DNA from: Mantamonas sphyraenae STR306
Lineage: Eukaryota; Protista; CRuMs
Assembly (NCBI GenBank): GCA_026936335.1
Contig: JAPMXV010000054.1
Location: 186,001 to 250,000, forward strand
Length of the DNA stretch: 64,000 nucleotides
Direction of reading: 5' to 3'
Both the position numbers and the translations under genes were made by a program. Below are positions 57,601-64,000 of this stretch, one piece after another. Within the stretch, counting starts at the first letter, position 1; each line of letters opens with the position of its first letter. The notes under the pieces are model-generated. The model searched no databases, had not been told where the DNA came from, and worked only from the letters and a program-made list of their open reading frames with translations.

Positions 57601-60600
57601 AGCAAAACCTGGTTCATGAGATGGGGCAGCGTGACGGTGCGTTGCTTGCGAGGGTCTGCCTGCGTCAACATGTGGTTGAAAAGCACTCCCGCAGCGTCGA
57701 GATCCAGCTCCACCTCGTCGCCCGCCTGCCCAATGATCAGACTGAGCACCTTGAGCGCACGCAAACGGTGCAACACTTGCACACGCGAAAACACAAGCGC
57801 AAAAAGGACGCGAACGGTGCGTTGCAGGTGTGCTCCACCCAGGATCTGCTTGGCAAACAGCAGTTCAAGTTGCCACAAGGCAAAGTCCAGCGACGGGAAG
57901 CGAAGCGTGTCCTTTTCGCACGCCATGTTCAGATCCAGCCACTGCGGATGGCCCGTCATGCGCGGGTCAAACGAGACCTCGGAAAAGTCCACGTACAGCA
58001 CAATGTGCTGCAACGCCTGTTCCACCATCACATTGGCCACGCTCCGGTCATCGTTGCCAACACCAGACACCCCATGCTCCTGCTGCAGCTCACGTGCGTG
58101 CTCGCTCGCCTCAATCAACACCGAGCGCATGACGTCCAACGGACGTGTGCGCACGTCTTCGTCGGCGTCTCGCGTGGCCATCCCGTCCTCCATGGCACTC
58201 TGGAAGCCCGCACCCACCTGCTTCCCGGAACCAAGGTGCAGCATCTGGTTGGCTGCAAACATGTTGAGCAGTGCCTGCAGCGTGTGCAACCCTCCCAGGT
58301 GCTGCAACTGCACATCCGCCACACCTGCCTCGTTGCGTGGCCAGTGCCGCAGAGCCTGCAAAAGGATGCGCCGTGCCAGCAGCACCGCCAGCGACTCGGA
58401 CGTGTGGCTGTACTGAGTGCGCATCAATTCGTGGCCGTATCGGTTGGCAAACGCCGCAGACGTCAGCTGGCCGTCACTCAGCGCCATTGGCGGTGTGTAC
58501 TCGCCCTTCTTCTTGTTCTTGGACGTGTCCTTCTTCTTCTTCTTCTCCGTGCCCTTGTTCGCAGACGACGTGTCACCTTCGTCCTCGTCCACGAGGTCCA
58601 ACACATCAAATGCCGGGTTCTCCACCTCCGTCGTGTACAGCGAGTCAAGCGTGCCCACGTTCGACGACAAGTGCCACACCTCCTCCTGCGATTCCGCTTG
58701 CACGAGATCCACATCCACATCCTGCAACGCAACGACGGCTTTGCCTTTGCCCTTGTCCTTGCCCTTGCCCTTGTCGTCGGCCCTTGCATTCGGCTGTGAT
58801 TCGCTGTGTTCGTCACCGCTTCCGGACCCCGCCAACGCCTCCTTGCCACCACCACCTTCATCCTTGGCCACTCCGTCCAAACTCAGCAGAACGCTGCGCA
58901 TGTCCATGAGTCGGTTCATGACGAACGCTTGTGCTGCGTCTTGTTTCGACTCGGACCCAGCGCCGGCCTCTTCGCTGTCTGCCTCGACACCACAGGCGGC
59001 AAGAAGCTCGCTTGCCTGGCCTTCAGAGTACCCTAGCATGCCCAGCAGAGCCTGGCGTCGCGAGAGGCGCCCGGCAGCCGACTCGCGCTCCTTGCGCATC
59101 GTTGCATCCGCCGCGACCGCACTCCCGTCGTTCCCGTCCAAAGACAACCCCTCAAAGGAGATGTTGTCATCCATGCCGTAGAATGACACGCCTCCGTACA
59201 ACGGTTCCTCCGACTTGATGTCGGAAAACGCCACGCCCATGGATTCGTCGTTGAGGAAAAACTCCAGGACTCCGCTCACGGCGTCGTAGGTCGTGCGCAC
59301 TACGTCGCCCGTCTTGACTCCCTTGCCGTACACGCGGCTACTTCCGTTGTGGTACGTGTAGCCCGTGGAGCAGCCGTAAAACGACCATCCAATCACCGAG
59401 CGCGAGTAACCGATGTACGACGATGTCGAGTGCGATTGCGGGCAGATGCCGATCATGATGTTGCCCGACGACAGCCGGTTCAACCTCGTTTCCCACGAGT
59501 ACACGCCCTGGCCAAACGGTTGGTCGAAACGCACTGTGGTCCACGTGTAGCTGCGCTTGTGCGTGTACGAGCCGTCCATCTCTGTCGTCACGCTTCCGCC
59601 GCTCATTTCCGCCGGGTTCAACAATGGGCGCCACAGGCTTACCTGCGACCACACATGGTCGTTTTCCGTGTAACTCGCCGTGCCACGCAGCGTACCATTG
59701 TTCCCGTGTGCGCTTTCGTCAAACACCGTCGTGCCCATCGATTCGTCAAACGTCCACGAGCCCGCCGTAAAGTACGACACTGGAGTGCGCGAGTTCCACG
59801 TACTCGTCAAGATGTCCCGCCGGATGTTTTCGTTCATCACGCGAAGCATGTCCACTTTGCCCCTCCACGACGCACTCGTCCTGCTTCCCTCCTCCACCGC
59901 TTCTCCCGCCGCCTTGCGCCGCACAAGGTCTGTCTCGGACGTCGCACAGCCTACCGACATGCTACAGACTCCCTCGGTGCTCGCCATGTACTTACATGTC
60001 AGCGGCGAGGCGCTCGAAGCGACTCCGCGCAGCTCGCCGTTCACATACAACTGCCAGCCGCCGTCCAACACCGCCGCCACCGTCATCCAGTGGCCCACGT
60101 GCACATCCATGTCCAGTGACGTGCCCGCAAGATGGCCGTCGTCGTCCTTTTCGCCCGCCGTGTACGAACCCACTTCCAAGCGGCCGTTGCGGATGCGGAT
60201 GAATGCCTCCACGTCACGGACGTTGGTGAACGACCACAGGTAGTACGTGCTCTTGTCCACTTCGCCCAGCAGTGCGTCGATGTGCACACTGATTTCCACG
60301 CTAAGCTTCTCTTTCAGTGGCATCAGCGCGGTCATGTAGTCCACGCAGCCGTCGGAACCCAGATCCACCGCCATTTCGTGCTGCACCAAACGCAGTGACA
60401 ACTGTGGCAACACCTCCTTCGGACCTGTGTTCGCGCCGTCCACTTCGCCGCTGCTGCCTGGATCCTCGCCATTTGCTGCGCCTGCCATCTCACCGCCGTC
60501 GCTGCTGTCCGTGTTGCCAAAGCCGCTGCCCACCGACGTGTCAAGTGACCCAAACGACGGGCCGTCCTGCACGATGTTGCTCTCTTCGCTCAACAGCTCC

Positions 60601-63600
60601 TCCTCGCTGAGCAAACGCGTGCCGTGCAGTTCGTCCTCCTGCGTGAGTGCAATGTGGTACGTGCGCGGCAGATTGATCCCTTCGATGCCGTTTCCCACAA
60701 ACGACACCTCCGTCAGCACCATGGAGCCCGTCACCGAGAGATGCGCCTTGAATTGCGTGGTCACCGGCTTCTTCGTCTTCCAAACCATCCGTCCTTTGAT
60801 GTTGCGGTGCTGGCGTGTGTCCACGCGCAAGGACACACGCGTGCGCATGCCCTTCTCTTCCAGGTATCCACGGTACTCGTTGCCTTCGACAACGACGTCG
60901 CTTGGATGTGGCACACGCGGCAGGGCTTCCACGCGCACAAAGCGATGCTCCGCAGGATCAGTGAGCCAGCGCACGCGGCAACGCGGGGCCTCGGGGTTGC
61001 CTGCACCCGTGCCAACCGCACATGCCGGGTCTGGGTACGACCATACACTTGGACACAGCTGGCCCGCCGGGTTGTCAAACAGAGCGCACACGTACTTGCC
61101 GTTTTTGGTCACAAACACGTCCGACGTCGTGTACGAACGCCCGATGCCAATCACGTCGCCCTCGCCAAACACGAGCTCGTCTTTGTGCGTGTTGCTCGTC
61201 CAGGCCACCGAATAGCCATTGATCATGTGGTCGCGCAACTGCGTCTCACGCTCCTCCTCGCTGTCTGCCACGTGAGGCCTGTTCAAATGAGCCACGTCCT
61301 GCGTGCAGCAGCGCGTCACGCCCGTATTGAACACCTGCAAGCACATTCCGGTACCACTGGAAGATGCTCCCCACTGCTGCTCCGCCGTAAGGTCGCGCAT
61401 CACATCCAGGTTGCCGTGGATGTTACGACGCAGCTCCGGCTCCGCTTCGCTCGACGGCTTCTCCACCTGCAGCTTGCTCGACAGACCCAGTGCAAGCAGT
61501 GTGCCCGCGGGCACCTCTTCCACCTCAAACTCGGTGTAATCGTAGCGCAGTGCACGGCAGCCGCTGCGCAGAAACTCTTCCGAGCCGCGGTCGCCTGCGC
61601 TGGTCTTGCAGGGGCCTCGCGCTCCACAACCGCATCCACTTTCACTGGCATCTGTGTTGAAAAATTCCCCTGTCGACGACACCGCCACCACGTCGTGGTT
61701 CTCGTGGCACTGCACGGCGCAGTTGTTGCAGCACTGCATGTTGCATGTGTAGCACATCACCCTGTTGTCCTTGCGTCCCAAGCCGCTCGCGTCGGCCCGA
61801 GAACAAGTCGTGCGGTGTGGCCAGTGCATGTTGCTGCTCTGCGACACGTACGGAGCCTCGGCCAAATCCAACAGCTCCCCGTCTTCACCAAGGCTGATTC
61901 CGCTCGGCATGCTTTCCAGCTTGCTGCGCACAGCCGCAGAGGATTCTCTCTCTTCGCCGTCGCCTTCTGTGCTTGCTTCTGCAACATCCGTGCTGCTTCC
62001 TTCGCCGCCCGAGGTCTTGGATCCACTGGCGTCCACCTCTTCACCGCCCATGTGCAGAGAGAGCAGCGCAGCAGACAAGGAAGCGTCCACATGCACCAAC
62101 TTCACCTCGACAGGCTCCACGAGTTCGTTGCGCAGTTTCTCCACGTCCAGGCGTTCCGGAAGCTTCAACCCATGCTTGCGCATGTGCAGTGCCGTCAGCT
62201 TGCGCTCCATGCCATCCAGGTTGGGAAAGCCAATGGTGTCCAAGGGCTTTGCTGCAAGGCGTGCAACCGCTGCGATGCACTCCGGCTCCTCCAAGAGCAC
62301 AGCCACACTTGCACTGTCGGTTGCCAGGGACTTGAGTGCTTTGAAGCTCATGGTGTAAAGCAGAGCATACAGTTCGCTGCTGCGCAGAGTTTCCACGTGC
62401 TCTTCGTGTGACTTGGCAAGCGTCCAACTCAGGCCGCGAACCATCTCCGCTTCCAGGGCGAACCCGACACGCTGTTTCTCGCTCTTGGAATCGTCTGCGC
62501 CCATTGTGTCGCCTGCGTCGTCCTCCCGTGTGTGCTCGGACGCGCTGGCTACAAATGGCCACTCGGGCGAATGTGCCACGACCTTGTCCGTGGTCAGGTT
62601 CACCATGCGCGGCACGCCGCCGCGTTGTAGCGTGGCCGCGCGCACGTCCTCGTCCAACACAACCTGCACGTGTGAGTTGGGGAACTCGTGTGCGACCACC
62701 GTGCCTCGCAACGTCGCAAACGGATACGATCCGCTCACCGACTCTGCGTCCACAGACACCCGAGCACCAACGCGCACAATTTCCATGTCCGCGCCCACCA
62801 AACTCAACACAGCCATTGCGAGCTCCATATCACTGCGCTCCACCGTTCCCTGTCGCACGCGCTCTGCAAGCATCGGTAGATCTGCAACGACCTTGCGCAC
62901 GATGCTGTGCACGCGCGCATACACCTCTCTGTTGCTGCTCAGATGCCTCACAAGGTGCACAAACTCCAACGCCCGTGACATGAGAATGTGTCCGTTCGGG
63001 TGTGCCTCGCGCGCAGCCTGGGCTGCAGTGCGTGCAAGCTCCACCTGTTCTTCCTCAACAGCAAGCGCATCCATGTACGTCGAGCCGATTTGGTGCAGCA
63101 GCTCCAGCAGCAGGTCGTCCCTGTGTAGCCCTCCACGCACCATTTCCAGGCCCTGGTACACCTGCGTCATCGCCTCCATGCTAAGCTGCGGCAGCAGACG
63201 CCTGCAGATGCGCGTGGCCAGCAGGCGCACGTGCTCGTTGCACAACGATGCAGACAGGTGCGTTTCCTCAAACATGAGCGGAACCAGCATATGTACGCAA
63301 CGTGTGCTTGCCAGCAGCTCGCAACCCACTCGTGAGTCCAAAAACTCGCTCACGAGAAGCAGCACCTCCACCATGTGCTCACGGGCCTCGTTCATCGACC
63401 GCGGCTCCGCGGGGCGGTTTCGGCTAACCGCTTCCAACTGTTCTGGGAAGTACAGCAATGTGTCGTGCACAAACATTGCCTGGGCAACCATGCCCAGCGG
63501 TTTGCTTCCTGCGTTGAACCCGGACACAGTGCGAGGGGAGAAGCCCACGTAGAACGGACGTCCTGCGTTGATGCCCTTGTGCATGTTCTCTGCGCCCCTA

Positions 63601-64000
63601 CTCATGTCTTCCGTGTCCCGTGCCCCCTTCAGCAGCTGCAGTTCACGGTGAGGCAACCCGTGCGGGTTCGGCACAAGCCTCTCCAGCTCTTCAAACTCTC
63701 TCTTCTCACGCTCTTCTTGCTCCAGGCGCTCGCGCTCCTCCTCTGCCGCCCTCTCCTTCTGGGCCTTTTCGTCGTCGATGCTTGCTTCGCCCTCGGCGGC
63801 TTCGTCGGCCCCGTCGCCGTGTCCATCTCCAGCCCCGCCCGCAAAATCTTCCTCCTCCTCGCCCTCCTCCTCGCCATCCATATCTTGGGCATCGTCTTCC
63901 TCGGCGTCTTCGTCGTCGTCGTAGGCCATGGCTTCCATCGTCTCCATCACTTCTGCGTTGTTCAGCGCTTCTTCCATGGAGCCGAAGCGGTATTCCAGAG
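54687..64000 (-). CDS. Giant HECT E3 ubiquitin ligase (HERC/HECTD4-like) with SPRY domains, a LamG-like domain and a UBR-like Zn finger; 5' end lies outside the window
   Basis: HECT motifs AIDAGGVYRE, LLIPVPN, FLRFVWGRSRMP, LPESHTCFFQLDLPDY; SPRY-like (GVYSWETRL..IMIGI..KTGDVV); LamG-like (HWMTVAAV..QLYVNG); CYTC..CCNNCAVQCHENH. The frame stays open to the window edge. Confidence 0.92.
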   Translation of the reverse strand, partial: LEYRFGSMEEALNNAEVMETMEAMAYDDDEDAEEDDAQDMDGEEEGEEEEDFAGGAGDGHGDGADEAAEGEASIDDEKAQKERAAEEERERLEQEEREKREFEELERLVPNPHGLPHRELQLLKGARDTEDMSRGAENMHKGINAGRPFYVGFSPRTVSGFNAGSKPLGMVAQAMFVHDTLLYFPEQLEAVSRNRPAEPRSMNEAREHMVEVLLLVSEFLDSRVGCELLASTRCVHMLVPLMFEETHLSASLCNEHVRLLATRICRRLLPQLSMEAMTQVYQGLEMVRGGLHRDDLLLELLHQIGSTYMDALAVEEEQVELARTAAQAAREAHPNGHILMSRALEFVHLVRHLSSNREVYARVHSIVRKVVADLPMLAERVRQGTVERSDMELAMAVLSLVGADMEIVRVGARVSVDAESVSGSYPFATLRGTVVAHEFPNSHVQVVLDEDVRAATLQRGGVPRMVNLTTDKVVAHSPEWPFVASASEHTREDDAGDTMGADDSKSEKQRVGFALEAEMVRGLSWTLAKSHEEHVETLRSSELYALLYTMSFKALKSLATDSASVAVLLEEPECIAAVARLAAKPLDTIGFPNLDGMERKLTALHMRKHGLKLPERLDVEKLRNELVEPVEVKLVHVDASLSAALLSLHMGGEEVDASGSKTSGGEGSSTDVAEASTEGDGEERESSAAVRSKLESMPSGISLGEDGELLDLAEAPYVSQSSNMHWPHRTTCSRADASGLGRKDNRVMCYTCNMQCCNNCAVQCHENHDVVAVSSTGEFFNTDASESGCGCGARGPCKTSAGDRGSEEFLRSGCRALRYDYTEFEVEEVPAGTLLALGLSSKLQVEKPSSEAEPELRRNIHGNLDVMRDLTAEQQWGASSSGTGMCLQVFNTGVTRCCTQDVAHLNRPHVADSEEERETQLRDHMINGYSVAWTSNTHKDELVFGEGDVIGIGRSYTTSDVFVTKNGKYVCALFDNPAGQLCPSVWSYPDPACAVGTGAGNPEAPRCRVRWLTDPAEHRFVRVEALPRVPHPSDVVVEGNEYRGYLEEKGMRTRVSLRVDTRQHRNIKGRMVWKTKKPVTTQFKAHLSVTGSMVLTEVSFVGNGIEGINLPRTYHIALTQEDELHGTRLLSEEELLSEESNIVQDGPSFGSLDTSVGSGFGNTDSSDGGEMAGAANGEDPGSSGEVDGANTGPKEVLPQLSLRLVQHEMAVDLGSDGCVDYMTALMPLKEKLSVEISVHIDALLGEVDKSTYYLWSFTNVRDVEAFIRIRNGRLEVGSYTAGEKDDDGHLAGTSLDMDVHVGHWMTVAAVLDGGWQLYVNGELRGVASSASPLTCKYMASTEGVCSMSVGCATSETDLVRRKAAGEAVEEGSRTSASWRGKVDMLRVMNENIRRDILTSTWNSRTPVSYFTAGSWTFDESMGTTVFDESAHGNNGTLRGTASYTENDHVWSQVSLWRPLLNPAEMSGGSVTTEMDGSYTHKRSYTWTTVRFDQPFGQGVYSWETRLNRLSSGNIMIGICPQSHSTSSYIGYSRSVIGWSFYGCSTGYTYHNGSSRVYGKGVKTGDVVRTTYDAVSGVLEFFLNDESMGVAFSDIKSEEPLYGGVSFYGMDDNISFEGLSLDGNDGSAVAADATMRKERESAAGRLSRRQALLGMLGYSEGQASELLAACGVEADSEEAGAGSESKQDAAQAFVMNRLMDMRSVLLSLDGVAKDEGGGGKEALAGSGSGDEHSESQPNARADDKGKGKDKGKGKAVVALQDVDVDLVQAESQEEVWHLSSNVGTLDSLYTTEVENPAFDVLDLVDEDEGDTSSANKGTEKKKKKDTSKNKKKGEYTPPMALSDGQLTSAAFANRYGHELMRTQYSHTSESLAVLLARRILLQALRHWPRNEAGVADVQLQHLGGLHTLQALLNMFAANQMLHLGSGKQVGAGFQSAMEDGMATRDADEDVRTRPLDVMRSVLIEASEHARELQQEHGVSGVGNDDRSVANVMVEQALQHIVLYVDFSEVSFDPRMTGHPQWLDLNMACEKDTLRFPSLDFALWQLELLFAKQILGGAHLQRTVRVLFALVFSRVQVLHRLRALKVLSLIIGQAGDEVELDLDAAGVLFNHMLTQADPRKQRTVTLPHLMNQVLLELHRAVRHYKLKRGEMDEETMLEQVVIDPVLQLWLEGKTGNEGKSDAKDQRKAKKAKAKQSRDGRRSSRRGGNVSSSSSSSSSSSSSSSSGGAGSSGAVVSVPKNISEADKQLLNYAAFQEYMEVMEVLERLVQHRTLPRYFLAESYLMIRANYNPKMYESAHPYARRTVTQAIHVPHATAIKVTIDSKSKLARDDCMLFTADSRGTQILDVYRHNPFKDRDGARHLHFETGRVYCHFPVRPSLFFDPEMISSKLELQRDGVSVCLTQPGVNTRKLVACAYSHSLPASGVVTLFFQINSLKDKAYFGIAREASTEFANPVGDTSGSYAFRTSGSVGSSGSEIKVKGLSKVSAGDIVGMQLNLDANTLSFSVNRGPFVAAVTNQQLRGHTFRVGITLKSPGDHVTMIGFPRRHQSFATKASGTSNTFGYMMQVRPTEFTTEATTNIMEKHASELDAFAQEQMVFTPQMDQQLTKLLQQVAKTRDRDAMQLDFASFKPKQADLLPFRMLREGVPVSKMQERVLILQQFNKRMNKQLRFVDISTMEVPHTLGHLVGQGRGVILPDSKMKIWSKALVRTQSSKSRVGVTINRHRAFKLIGQAPSERVLEQTVFGQISRQLATVDPRYMRCKPSENAWSLKLEMEHAIDAGGVYREGFTQMIQELQSPHTHLLIPVPNAKHQVGVNRDKFIPNPSLTSKRYEAYFVFFGKLLGISLRTSYTLELNLPSLFWKSLLKLPLHVSDLEAVDQMCVQCNASIANIDKKGVTAEVFQDIIEETFTTINSDGVTVPLVPDGAERAVTFENRLEFVQLVEQYRLHEFDQQVEWVRQGLSSIVPFRLLCLFSWSSVEQRVCGVPDVDLKLLRKITNYRSHAPNSKTVKLFWRVMESFSPQERQDFLRFVWGRSRMPLTLQEMDQQQNTRFILSSANNARNTDGALPESHTCFFQLDLPDYSSFDIMRERLLYACTNCRAIDND

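Overview
Gene-dense, GC-rich eukaryotic (protist-like) genomic DNA with short GT-AG introns that often carry (CA)n/(TG)n microsatellites. Most of the window is conserved housekeeping genes: TTLL2-like, AIF, rhomboid-UBA, paraoxonase-like, PIKfyve/FAB1, UBC6, a BRCA1/BARD1-like gene, CLN3, an NhaC antiporter, ARPC1, a PX-AGC kinase, NAE1, a formyltransferase, FIGNL1, CDK7-like, PX and RGS proteins, and a giant HECT E3. The standout is the first ~5.6 kb. It holds a spliced, ~1,680-aa minus-strand gene. Its C-terminus has the complete Fanzor/TnpB-type RuvC + Zn-finger signature (IDPG ... NEFFTSKMCANC ... DRDANGALNI). Its N-terminus, rebuilt across two introns, carries motifs resembling an XPG/FEN1-type (PIN-fold) 5' nuclease. 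This is a candidate RNA-guided nuclease fused to a flap/exonuclease, with no transposase in view and a structured 3' flank that could encode the omegaRNA. Also notable are a tandem trio of unrecognised secreted Cys-rich proteins ending in W-x-CC motifs, a RING-RAMA-BRCT protein, a stand-alone ABCC-TMD0-like protein, very short divergent intergenic gaps and overlapping convergent coding ends. All calls are by-eye motif recognition and hand-built splice models; no database searches were run.
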